Assembly: GCA_002269645.1 (NCBI GenBank)
Contig: NIVC01001201.1
Coordinates: forward strand, 186,001-250,000
Origin: Macrostomum lignano
Lineage: Eukaryota
Direction of reading: 5' to 3'
DNA: 64,000 bases
Shown here in pieces: positions 36,620-58,064 of this stretch. Both the position numbers and the translations under genes were made by a program. The notes beneath the pieces are model-generated. The model saw nothing but the letters and a program-made list of their open reading frames with translations. It was not told the DNA's origin and ran no database searches. Numbering within the stretch: the first letter of the stretch is position 1; each line of letters opens with the position of its first letter.

Positions 36620-37330
36620 TAAAACTGGCAGGGATGCGGTAGGTCACGGTAGTATGGCCACTTGATTTGGCCTAAAAGCCAATCAATCTTGGCATTGATC
36701 AGCTGGCAGTTTGGTGGTCGACAGTCACTGCAGAAGTTCTGGTGCAACTGGTCGGCCACATCCTAGAGGATGGCAACTGCTTCCTGATGGGAGTACTGTT
36801 CCCGCAGAATTTTGACACTTGGCCAGACCTTGGAGGCCTGCGGCAATCGCTGACATATGTCCAGACAAAGGTAAGCTAGTGTCAGCATGTACTGCCAAAA
36901 ATTATAGTGCAGCCTCTCGATGTTGGCGCCGCGGGTTTCAATCAATCTGCATATTATTCTGCGAAAGTCGGCCACCTCCCTTGGCAGTGATCGTCTCTGC
37001 TGTCCTGGCAATGGGCTCTTCTGTGGTGACATTCTCAGGCTTGGCAGCGAAGCTCTCTGGCTCTGTGGTGGTGATCGTCTTTGCCGAGGTGATGTTCTTG
37101 GTCCCAGTCGTGACGATATCGGCGCCGCAGTGGCTGCAGACGCAGGTGTGCTCTGTCGCGGTGTCTTCAAGCCTTGAGCTGTCAGTGCCTTGGTTGGTGC
37201 TTCAATTTGGATCGTATGGCTGCTGCTTGGTAGGGTGGCCCTGACTACCATTGATCGTACTGGTGCTGCGGCTTGAGAAGCTAAAAAAAGCAGCCCGCTT
37301 AAGTCTCGGTTCTTCACTTGTAGTAGCTAG
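36620..37330 (-). pseudogene. Unidentified ORF remnant (Ser/Pro/Arg-rich N-part, Cys/His/Trp-containing C-part) with an internal TAG
   Basis: The ORF 36763-37317 continues in frame past TAG as DVADQLHQNFCSDCRPPNCQLINAKIDWLLGQIKWPYYRDLPHPCQF; GC-rich island inside AT-rich DNA. Probably TE-borne; family unknown. Confidence 0.4.
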
Positions 37331-38149
37331 GGATGATCTCTTGGCAAACTTTTTTGATAGCATTTGTTTTAGCACATGATACAATCAAACCTTTTTTGAT
37401 AAGATTTGTTCTAACATAGGCTTGCTATGATCTTGACTATGGTGCTATCCTATTATTAAACTATCAAAATTGTAACTAGGATATCTTCTAATATAATATC
37501 CTGATGTACTTTTAATATTATACTTTGTACTAATAATGTATCATGTAAAGTTGGTAGTATATCACATAAAATTAGCCTAACCATAATTAGTTTTTTGGCA
37601 TTGTATCTTATATAGTATTTAGCTTTCCTATCAAGGTTTCTCTTAGTCTAAGGGTTATTGGTATCAAAGGGTCATAGCTTACATTTTAGTAGATATTTTT
37701 ATCTTAAAGCAAGTTCTTAGATCTTAAGCCTAGATTCTTACCCTTTGGGCAATTTCTTAGATAATAAATTTAGACTGAAGGTCTTAACTCTTAGTTTTTT
37801 GGCTAGAAGCAAAGTGCAAAATTGCACTTTATTCCCAAATAATATGTAAGGTGCAATAAAGTATTTAAGTGCAGTTTTTATTATTTTAAGGCAATGCAAA
37901 TGAGGCTTGAAGGAAAATATATACAGCAACATTGAAAAGTTGCTACCTTTTGTGCCAAGCAATTTATCTTGATAAAGTTGTACAAATTGTGCAATTCATT
38001 CTTATTGCCAACCAAGTTTTAATTAAGTTATTATCCCTAGTAGCAACACTTGATTTAAAATGTTTAAGTCATTTAAACGAATTAAGTAAATGTTTAAAGA
38101 CAAAAAGTCTTAATAACAAGTGTATCCTTTGCAAGCATATAGCAAGGTA

Positions 38150-39300
38150 GAAACTCTTTGTAGCATTCCCAGATGCTACAAAAAGTCTTTTGGAAGACTG
38201 CTAAGTATCTATAATGGCTTAGTGCAGTTGCAAGCCATTGAACTCATTTTTTGTGGATTTTCCTACTAAATTTTGCACTTCATATCTTAGACACATGTTC
38301 AATTGAGTTCATATTTGGGGACTAAGAAGGCTAGCAAAGTGTATGTAGCTGCAGCTACTCTTTTAGCTAAATCACAGTGGCAGCTCAATGTGGCAGGGCA
38401 TTGTTATCTTGAAAGGTGCATTTTAAAATATCTCCAAAGGCTATATTGGCAAAGGGTAGAAAATGAGTGCAGAAGATAGGCTTAGGCATTAGTATTTACA
38501 TTTGTGTCTAAGAAGACACTTTCTATCCTTGAGCATACATGCGCAACAGTCGGCCGAGTCGGCCGATCCGGCTGACCGATTTGGCGGCCAACCAAAGAAG
38601 TCGCAAAAATGCCCACCCGAAAAAATAACGTAGTAGTACTAAGTAGCTGACGAGGCATTTGCCTTAATAAAACAGTCATAGTTACTCCTGCCGTTTACCC
38701 AAAGTTGCGTTAATTTTGCTTTAGGGTTTTTTTACATCTAAGTCGCATTTTTGGCCAAAAAACTACGTCGCATTTTTGTTAAAACTAAGTCGCATGGCCG
38801 ACCGAATTTCGGAGGTTGCGCATGTATGTCCTTGAGTGCAATGAGATCCTAGCCCAGATAAGACTAGAAGCTAATTGACTATCTTCAGATTGCAAATGCT
38901 TTTACGCTATCTCCTGCCATAGTTATTGCCATACAAGTATAACTGAGCTTGGAAAAGGCGAAACTGGCTCTCATCAATGATGACAATATGCCACTATTGC
39001 TGCTGTCTCTAGATAGTGAATGTTTTGTATAGCCCATTGCTCACAGCAGACAAAATGAGCTAGACTTAGTTGCAGTCAATTGTCAATCTGCCTTAGCAGT
39101 TGTGCTATAAGAATGGCCACGCTGGCCTTGACTTGCATAAGCCACACTGCCTATCTTTTGACTTAATTAGCAATTTCTAGATGTTTTTATGGGTTTGTCC
39201 AAATTGGTAAGCCACCTTTCAAATATGAAATAGATATCATAGCTTCAATTTTGCCTATAGCCCACCATTGCTTAGCATCTATCATCTGCCAAACCATTTT
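38150..39300 (-). pseudogene. Fossil Tc1 (DD34E) transposase, heavily C>T mutated, split by a MITE
   Basis: Minus-strand remnants QWAIQNIH, *WHIVIIDESQFRLF (38993-38950), VFLDTNVN, and FQDNNALPH*AATVI*LKE*LQLHTLC*PS*SPNMNSIEHV (38414-38292), which gives exact 34-residue D..E spacing. Element ends not found. Confidence 0.82.
38534..38828. mobile_element. hAT-type MITE, 295 bp, 14-bp TIR CATACATGCGCAAC, 8-bp TSD TCCTTGAG
   Basis: Perfect TIRs at 38534-38547 and 38815-38828; identical 8-bp direct repeat at 38526-38533 and 38829-38836. An 8-bp TSD with CA-starting TIRs is typical of hAT. Confidence 0.9.
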
Positions 39301-40254
39301 TAAATATGAGAGTAAATGATGTGTGCATATAAAAACTGAGTTAGAGCTTTAACTTGCCTATCACTCCTGTCATTCATGTATAGTTCATATTCATACTTAA
39401 ATCAACTGATTATATATTGTATGCCCCTGTGGTATAGAGAGTAAATTGCACAAATTGCAAATAAGATCTAAGAGAAATTGCTGAACACAAAGGATAGTGA
39501 CTTTTCAATGTTGCTAAGTATAAGTTGTGGGACAGCACCTTTACCATATCCATTTTTCAGGGTAAAATTTCAAAATTTAGAGTTATATAATGTACATGTA
39601 CACTCTACACACAAAAAACCCAGGGTCTCATTCTTAAGGGTTTGTTTTCCTAATCTCAAGGGTTATTCCTATGTTCTTACTTACTACTTAAATGATTTCC
39701 ATAGAAGTAGACACTAGCCCTGAGGCTGAGTATCAATTTTGTCTTTGACTCTAAAAAGAATAGCTAGAGATAAAAACTCAAATGGTCAATAGAAGAAATA
39801 AGTATAAAAAGAAAAGTGAGTTTATTTAACTTAGCTTGTAGTTGGCTCCTATTTATACAAAAGTATAAAATATATTTAATGTTTATACAATATAACAGTA
39901 GTACAATTTTTAAAAATGCAAATTTCTAAGAAAACAAGAAAATAGAATCAAAGCCTATTACATATAATATATATAACATACCATATGCTTGTCTTTTAGG
40001 CTATGTTATGTTATAAGGCATATAGTGTTATTTTGTCTATTGTCTTTTTGACACAACTTGAAAATAGACATAATGACTTTGAAAACAAAAAGCAATCTGT
40101 GACTTACTTTTTGACAAAAGTGCAACTTATCTATGAAAAAAGTGGTAAAGAAACTGGTAGCAAAAAACAGCAAGCAATTTGCAATATTCTATTATTATTA
40201 TTAAATTACTTATATCAAATTCTAAAATGCATGAGATTATAGATATTTTTATTA

Positions 40255-40422
40255 CATACATGCGCAACTTCGGGAATCACCCAGCCGTTTCTATTGGCAA
40301 CACACATGTAAGTCGCTATTGGCTGAGAGCAGTCACGTGACTACTTTTCTGTCCAATAGCGACTTACATGTGTGTGTTGCCAATAGAAACGGCCGAGTGA
40401 ATCCCAAGGTTGCGCCTAAGCA
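40255..40422. mobile_element. Palindromic (foldback) MITE sharing the CATACATGCGCAAC terminus; right end degenerate
   Basis: Left end identical to the TIR of the 38534 element. Arms GCCGTTTCTATTGGCAACACACATGTAAGTCGCTATTGG and its near-perfect inverse flank a spacer containing GTCACGTGAC. Confidence 0.8.
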
Positions 40423-40822
40423 TGATAGATAACGACTTAATAAGATAGAGATATACTAAAAGTAAATTTTCTAATTGAAATTGAAAACAGAATTTGCTAC
40501 TTTCCAAAATCTAATTTTAGAAAAAAATTGTATAACCAAGGTTGGTTGTTTACTGTCAAAATTGACTGCTCAAGAAAAACCAGATACATGCATATTACAT
40601 ATATAGCATAATGTATTAATCATGGCTTTATTACTTGAAATCCAATGGCAATGCTAGAGAATTTCGTAAAAAAATATTCTGTCGAGCAGCAGCAGTTCAC
40701 TGGCGCAGCAATTGGCCAACAATCAGCGGTGGCGCTTGCTTATCTGACGGCGCCAACCGTCTCTCCCTCGTCTCTTGGAAAATTAATCCTCTAAGTCGTT
40801 TGTCGGGGCGCAGTTCGGTGCG

Positions 40823-50375
<9,553 letters not shown>

Positions 50376-52627
50376 TGTTTTATTTGGGCTGGGAATCCTT
50401 GGATAAATTAATTCACTTAGTTGTATTGCATAATAAGTTTTATCACAGCGCTAATTTTGTTATTGCTTTATTGCATTAATTATCCCGAGTTATCATATAT
50501 ACCAGAATATTAATAGCTTAGTACTGCTGATAATGGATCAAAAATTCAAAATTGCACCATAATTGTAGCGCTTTAGTGAAACAAAGGCCCGGTCAGCAAA
50601 CTCGCAAACTAGGCATGTGTTTATTTATAAATCATGCAACTTTGTAAACAAAACAGATTTCCCTGCTAAATTTACACGGATCTGTCTGGCATTTCCTTAG
50701 TGAGGCGGCTAATTAATTTACTAAAAAATGTGTGCAATGCGTGCACGGTTTTCATTCCTGATGTAGGCTAAGATTGCGTGTCCCCATTGCACAGTTTCTA
50801 TTGCTTAAAAGTGATCAATCTGTCAATTCTCCGTGGACTTGTACATGCTTTCAATTTAACTGTTTGCCGTTGGAAAGTGCAAAATAAAAGTGCGTATTGC
50901 ATAAGTTATTTTTCATGAAAAACCAGCCTGTGGCGGTGCAGTGGCCCGCTATGAACCGCGAGAAAATCAAAATGGCTTATTGGTTTATTCGTTTCAATCG
51001 TCTTTCTCCTACACAAGAAAGTAAAAGTGATTAATTAATGCCCGTGTGGATCGAAATTGTCGAGGGGCAATTATAATTTCATCGAAAAGCTACTTAAATT
51101 AAGCGGCCACTTTCAGTTCCCGTTTTCCGAGCGCACAGACTAATAATACCTTGGTTATAATAGCGAGCCGCACGTCTTTCAAAACACGTCTATGAGAACC
51201 AATATTGATAAAAATAAATTCCCCATTATTCGCTTAGTTAATGTCTACTCAAAGTACTATAAAAATGACTGTGTATTTGAAAGACGTTTGAATCGTTAAT
51301 AACCAATACGAAAATGGACTTCGTAGCAAGCAAAATAATAGTTCGGCCAAATTATTTTGTTTGGTCAACGCTATTTCGCTTGCTGCTGTCTGCCAGAATT
51401 CTCGCTGCGCTTCGTGGCGGACACTGAATTGGTTCGCTGCAACAATAAATGACGGCAATTAAAGTGGCGTGTGTACATGTAGCTCAAGATGATAATCAGC
51501 CTTGCACGCAGATGAAACTTGGACTGGAAGTATACTCCGTTGTAGTCCATGAGCACTCTTCTCTGCTAGACAAGATACGAAGTTTTAGAATTAAAAACAG
51601 CATTAGCTGATGGTGCATGAAAATGTGCGCATCTTAGCTTGTAGGGCTAAAATTTTATTTGCAGCGACCCACGCCAAAGGCGGTTGTAATTTAAGAAAGC
51701 ACAAAGTACATTCCGGCGGCAGAGCAGCTGCACTTATGATGAGTAGATAGAGTACAGATGTATAATATATATATTGCAGTTGTACTAATTCCTAAAGAAT
51801 TCATTCCCTTCCAACTTTTAATCGCTTCTAGGTCTTCATCTTTAAGGATACTGGCGAGTTGCTTCCGGTAAGTGATAATTTTGTTTAATTAAGCTCTTGT
51901 TTTTGTTTCTATTTGTCCAGAGTGTGTCCCCTGTCCGACTTAGAGTTCGCTATTTCCAAGCTCATTGCAGCCAAACGATAGTTGATTTTCAATATGGCTT
52001 AAAACTTGAGGCCGGATGCCAAATGGCACCATATTTAAAAAATGAAAAGCCTTTTGATAAGCTCGTGCTACCTCAGTCTCAGTGGTTTTTATTTACTCTT
52101 TCTGTTTCTGAACTGCGATTTTGCGTTATAATAAAGCGCCGATGACTATAGCTAGCTAGAAGTGTCTTTTATTCGAATTCTAATGCACTTATAGCTATCT
52201 CCAAGATACCAGTAGAAATCATCTTAGCTCAACTTACGAAGTGTCTCCCAGTCGCAGCACATAGACGATTGGCTTGGTGTTGGGAATTCAATAATAAATA
52301 TAAAACAGCGGCCGAGCCTTGGCGAGAGAGAATCTGCACTCTGCCTTGCTCATCCCCACTGGGACTTGCCAGCCATAGACATCTCTTTGTACAGTTGGCT
52401 CGGAAGGCAACTCGGGCCCATTCCGCTGCTCAGCCCAGAGGGGAAGGCTTTTTCGGCTTACGGCTTTGCATTAGAGCCGCTCGCATTTTGACCTTAACAA
52501 AAGACAACCCGAGGCCCAAGGTGCAGTTAGAGGCAACGAGAAGCGTCCACGAGCCACATCTAGCTAAACTTGCGTCGGATTTGGTCAACCACAGCTGCAG
52601 CACCTATATACCTAAGCAGACTGAACT

Positions 52628-54132
52628 ATGCGCGAGATTGTGCACATGCAGGCTGGCCAGTGTGGCAATCAAATTGGAGCAAAGGTAAGCCTTATTTATT
52701 CTCCATTATTTTAACACCATGGTCGCGTTTCTAGTGAGATCGGACTCCCAATTTCCCTTACTGTGTCCTCCTTGGTCTTTTTAGTTTTGGGAGGTGATCT
52801 CAGATGAGCATGGCATCGACCCCACTGGCACCTACCATGGCGATTCGGACCTGCAACTCGAGCGAATATCGGTTTATTACAACGAAGCTACCGGCGGCAA
52901 ATACGTGCCGAGAGCTGTGCTCATCGACCTGGAGCCCGGCACCATGGAGAGCGTTCGGGCCAGCTCCTTTGGCATGCTGTTCCAGCCCGACAATCTGGTC
53001 TTTGGCAAGAGCGGCGCCGGCAACAACTGGGCCAAGGGCTACTACACAGAGGGCGCCGAGATCATCGACAAAGTCATGGATGTTATCCGCAAAGAGTGCG
53101 AAGGCTGCGACTGCCTGCAGGGCTTCCAGCTGACCCACTCGCTTGGCGGCGGCACCGGCAGCGGCATGGGATCTCTGCTGCTGAGCAAAATTCGCGAGGA
53201 ATATCCAGACAGAATCATCACCTCCTTCTCTGTGGTTCCTTCACCAAAGGTAAGCTGAGCTGTTTTTTCTAAACCAAGTTTGTGCTTTGCCTCTAACCAC
53301 GCCACCGAATCTATTCCAGGTGTCGGACACGGTGGTTGAGCCCTACAACTGCATGCTGTCTCTGCACCAGCTGGTTGAGAACACCGACGAAACCTTCTGC
53401 ATCGACAACGAGGCCCTGTATTACATCAGCTTCCACACCTTGAAGCTGGCCACCCCCAGCTACAGCGATCTGAACCATCTGGTCAGCGCGGCCATGTCCG
53501 GCGTCACCACCTGTGTCCGCTTTCCCGGCCAGCTGAATGCTGACCTGCGCAAGCTGGCAGTGAACATGGTGCCGTTTCCTCGCCTGCACTTCTTCATGCC
53601 CGGCTTCGCCCCGCTGACCGCTCGCGGCAGCAGTTCCTACAGGCAGGTGAATGTCTCCGAGCTCACCCTGCAGATGTTCGACGCCAAGAACATGATGGCC
53701 GCCTGCGACCCCAAGCACGGCCGCTACCTCACTGTGGCTGCCATCTTCCGCGGCCGAATGTCCACCAAAGAGGTCGACGAGCAGATGCTCAACCTGCAGA
53801 ACAAGAACAGCTCGTACTTTGTTGAATGGATACCCAACAATGTGAAGACCGCAGTGTGCGACATCCCGCCTAGAGGACTCAAGATGTCGGTGACCTTCAT
53901 CGGCAACTCCACCTCAATCCAGGAGCTGTTCAAGCGAGTCTCCGAGCAGTTCAGCGCCATGTTTAAACGGAAAGCATTCTTGCACTGGTACACCAACGAA
54001 GGCATGGACGATCACGAGTTCATGGAGGCCGAGTCCAACGTCAACGATCTGGTGTCCGAGCTGCAGCAGTACCAGGACGCCACCGCCGACGACGAGGGCG
54101 AGTACGAAGAAGAAGAAGAGGAGTTGGAATGA
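52628..54132 (+). CDS. TUBB: Beta-tubulin (divergent isotype, 444 aa); exons 52628-52684, 52785-53249, 53320-54132
   Basis: [46 protein letters not shown] and an acidic tail. Two GT-AG phase-0 introns (after codons 19 and 174); intact frame. Confidence 0.97.
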
Positions 54133-55097
54133 CACTGACGGCCACCGAGCCCCCCTGCCCCCTACTGCAGTCCCCTGTGCCTCGCTGCACTTTTTTTGCG
54201 TTCTCCTACTCGTAACCTCTTTACCAAAGCGCATTGCTGGCCTGGATCAGTGCCCAACGGCCAAGCAGTCTTCACTCCGACAATCGGAGATACCGCACTG
54301 CCCGAACCTCCCCCACCTCTGATGCGCAGCATATCGCTTCAATCTGTCCCTCTCGCATTGTTTATCGCGTCACAATGTCCTGGCAACCACAATTCCCTAT
54401 TTAGTGTCATTGCGCTATTTATTTACATTGGCATAACCCGTACAGTAACCTGCTTGTACGGACGGATTTTGTAGGGCTCAAATTGGTTTTAAACACGCAA
54501 AACACACGTCACATTTCTGTACACCAGCGCAGCCGACAGCGAGCGGTTGAACACAGGTAGACAACTGCACTCGGCATCCACTTAGCATTTTAGTTTACCT
54601 TGACTCATTATTTATTACTGTTGTACAGTCGTACTCGAATACATATAACGCTTGATTTTAGTGTCAGTTATGCACTGCATATTTCTGTCTTTGACTTCTG
54701 TTTTGTCTTTATCGATGCAACGGGAAAAACAGCATGAAAAATTCTCACAAACCCGGGTCTGCTAAATCAGCTAGAAAAGAATATGTTAAAGCTCATCACG
54801 AATGATAAAGCTTGGAAAAATTTCTGCTCCCAGCTTCTTCCTCTTCGGCGAGAATTCTTCAAACAGTTACGCTTGATCTCCAGTTGTGCTGGTTGCAAAG
54901 AAAACGCGGTTTCTTCATTCCTCTTCCACCGTTGCAGTTTCGCAAGAGTTTGTGGTTATTTCTTTTCTTGTGAACTGCTCCATCTGGTGTCTGTTTTACT
55001 CCCAGGCTCCTCAGATGCGGCTTGTGCATGTGGGGGGGGGGCTTACCCGCGATTCTTACTCTGTTTATTCCGCCCATTGCTAACCGTCTCCGAGCAG

Positions 55098-58060
55098 ATC
55101 TGGCACCCGCTCGAGCTGAAGGAGAATGACCACTACGTGGACCCCGTCGCCAGCCAGCTGTACTGCTTGGACCAGCCGTTGCGGGACGATGAAATGCCCC
55201 CCGCTGTGGCGCCGCGCGAGCGAAGCGGGACGGCCGCTGGCGGCGGCTTCCGACTGCAGGAGCCACCGCCCGGTTGGCGACGGCGCGGCGGCGTGACCAA
55301 AGCCTCTGTGCGCGGCGCTGGCGGGAGTCGGTCCGCTCGAGCCGCCGCTGCTGCTGCCGCCGCAGCCAGCGGATCAGGCGGCGTCCTGCAACCGCTGCGC
55401 CTGAAAGACGAACTTCCGCCAGCCCTGGCAGCCGCCGCGGAATCCGCCGGCTCCAGCAGTCACTACAGGCACCCTAGCGGCAAACTGCAGATTCCCAAAT
55501 CTCTGTTCCACCGGGATAGCCTGTCCCTGTCCTACGCCAAGCCGAAGCGGCCGCTGGTGCAGCGCCCAGGCGTTGGCGGCGTTGTCGGCCCAGGCGGCGT
55601 TGGTGGCCTGGGCGTCGGTCCGGGGCATCAGCAGATGCTGGCCAGGCCCGGGTACAGCAACTATGACAACCCGAGCGGCACCGACTTCGATCTGCAGCCA
55701 AAGTGGAGCGCTCACGAGCAGCTGGGCATCATCCAGAGCATCGAGCGCTTCCAGGAGATGTACCTGGAGACGGCCCTGTCCTACGAGCCGCGGTTCACCA
55801 CCCAGATTCCAAACTGGGATTTGGCCGAGTACTGCGTCAACAATTTCGTTCGATCCCGCTGCTACCGCGGCAAGTTTCACATTCACGCCCACATCGACCA
55901 ACTGGCCAGCAAGGTCATGGACGATGGCACGGCGGCTGCCGCAGCTGCCGCCGCCGCTTCCGGATCGGGCAACGATGCCGCCTCATCGCAGCAGCTCCCA
56001 GCCTCTGCCGACGGTTCAACCAGCTCTTCTTCCACAGCTGCCGGAGGCGCGCAGGCCGCGGCGGCCGCTGCTGTGGCCGCAGCAAAGAAGGCCGCCCGCT
56101 GCCGCCTGAAGCGGGGAATCCTGCGGTCCCGGCTGAGCGCAGGCGAGTCGGCGACCCAGCTGAACTACTCGGTGGACGCCAAGGGCCAGGCCATGCGTAG
56201 CCTCCTACGCTGCGGCCTGAGCACCGGCTCCGGTGGCGGCGGCGGCGGTCACAGCCGCAAAGGCGGCCCCGCCATCGGACTGAACCGGCCGCGACCGACT
56301 TCCACGGGCTCCTCCGCCTCATCCGGCGTGACGCTATTCAAGAACACCCAGCACCTGCAGCTGCTGCAGGAAGAGGGCATCAAGCTGGACACCATCGTGA
56401 GTCCCGCGCACATCATCCGCCTGGCTGAGGAGCGGCGCAAAACCCAGCCGGTCTCTACTGCCATCACCGCTGACGTTGGCGAGCAACAGCAGCAGCAGCC
56501 ACAGCAGCAGCAGCATTCTCTGCATCAACAGCAGCTGCAGAAACTGCGAATGTCCAATCAGGGCGGCCTGACGTCAATCGGGCCGGGAGGCTCGCAGTCG
56601 CATGTGAGTTGGGGATCATTATAAGAGTGCAGATAATCACGCCAGCTCTTAGGCTGCTCAACAATCTATAGTTAAAGCATTGGGGGTTTATTTAGCTGGC
56701 ATTTGCCTCCAGCTGCAGGTGTCCACCTCGGCCGGGGCGGCCGCCAAGTCCAGCATCCTGGTGCCCGGCACCGCCAGCTCCGTCCTCGGCTTCCAGCGCA
56801 GCGGCGGCGGGCCTTTCCGGGCCGCTAGTGCGGCCGCTGCTGCCGCCGCCGCAGCAGCCTCAACGACATCCGGCGGGAAGCCGCCGCCGCCGACGGCTCC
56901 GGCCAGGATTCTCACCTCTGGCTTCGGCGGCCCCTCGAGCTCGTCCAGCAGCGGCGCCAGCAGCGGCAGCACGCTGCTCCGCCCGCCACCGCAGCCAATG
57001 CCGCTGCCGCAGTCCCAGGCAACTCTGCCCGTGTCGCTGCAGGCGCCTCAGCAGCCGATTTCAATCACTTCAACGCAGCACCAGCCTGCTGGCCTGGCCG
57101 CGGCCACCGGCATCGGCCTTGGCGGGCTGCGGCGTCCCGGCGGCGCCTACGCATTTCCAGCCTCGGCTGGCGGAGTCGGCCGGCTGAACCCGAACCAGCC
57201 TGCCGCCTTCGTGCGCACCCTGGGTGAGTTCAGGGGACCGTCGGGATTTTAAATTGCTGCATCTTAGCTGTGGGCTGTCGGTAGCTCCAACCCGTTGAAA
57301 AACTAAAAAGTGGTTGCTAAAAACTCTCAAGTGACTCAAGCGACTCTGTTGTGACTCTGGTGACTTTTTAACGACTCAAACGCGTCTAGTGCGACGGAGA
57401 GGCGGCTGTTGCGTCACAAGCGCATCACGTGAATTTTAGGATCGTAAAAGAGTCCTCAGTGACTCTACAGCTACTCCAGCACGCCTCAGATACGACGTTT
57501 TACCGTCGCGTCAGAGTCACTTGCGTCGCCCCATTGTCTTTCATTGTCATGTCACAATCGACCCCATCCCGCTCCCGGCCAGGTCCGCGGTCCAGCATTC
57601 TCGGAGCTGCCGGCGGAGCGACCTCGGTCCCGACCACCCTGGTCACCACCTTGCCGCGGGCCCGCCTGCAGGGCCCTCGGCAGCCGCCGCCGCAGGGTCA
57701 GCGCAGCAGCAGCCGTCGGGTTCCGCCGGTGTCGCTCCCGCCAGCCTGTACAGCGGCGGCGGTGGCGGCGGCGGCCGTCACGTGATCCTGCAGGGCACCA
57801 CCACCGTCACGGTTCGCCAGATTCCCGATTTGAGGTCGGCCGACTCGGCCAGCCAGCAGCCAATCATCATCTCGGCCGCCAAGCCGACCCCGGCCGCCAG
57901 CATCAGCCTCATCCCGCCCGGTTCCGCCGCCGCTGCCGCCGCCTCAGCCGCCTCCTCAGCCGCCAGCGTCTATCCGTCATTCACTGTCTCGGCCAGCGCG
58001 CATTCCTCGGTGGCGACTCTGCCGCCAGTGGATTTGGACAGCATTGACGATGGCAACTAG
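55098..58060 (+). CDS. dom: Alternative 3' exons of domino (p400/DOM-A-like C-terminus with SANT-like domain); exons 55098-56603, 56713 (or 56719)-57223, 57583-58060, joined from donor 49481
   Basis: IWHPLELKENDHYVDPVASQLYC...EMPP resembles the EP400 segment MPLWTPPTPPQDDSDIY; IPKSLFHR resembles PPRSLFDR; PKWSAHEQLGIIQ...QIPNWDLAEYCVN...CYRG resembles the EP400 SANT domain. Acceptor CAG 55095-55097 with CTAAC branch site at 55080 is phase 0, like donor 49481. No credible own start. Probable extra 1-nt deletion near 57675. Confidence 0.82.
57328..57523. repeat. Short intronic element bounded by a 10-bp inverted repeat CAAGTGACTC / GAGTCACTTG, with clustered G(T/C)GACTC motifs
   Basis: Inverted termini and internal motif repeats are visible; no TSD confirmed. 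Confidence 0.4.
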
Positions 58061-58064
58061 CGAA

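Noticed and set aside
54783-55097. N-terminal 105 codons of the 613-aa ORF as a start for an independent gene
   Set aside because: Composition is intron-like (T-rich, Phe/Cys-rich), and homology-like sequence starts exactly at the CAG acceptor 55097 preceded by a branch site.
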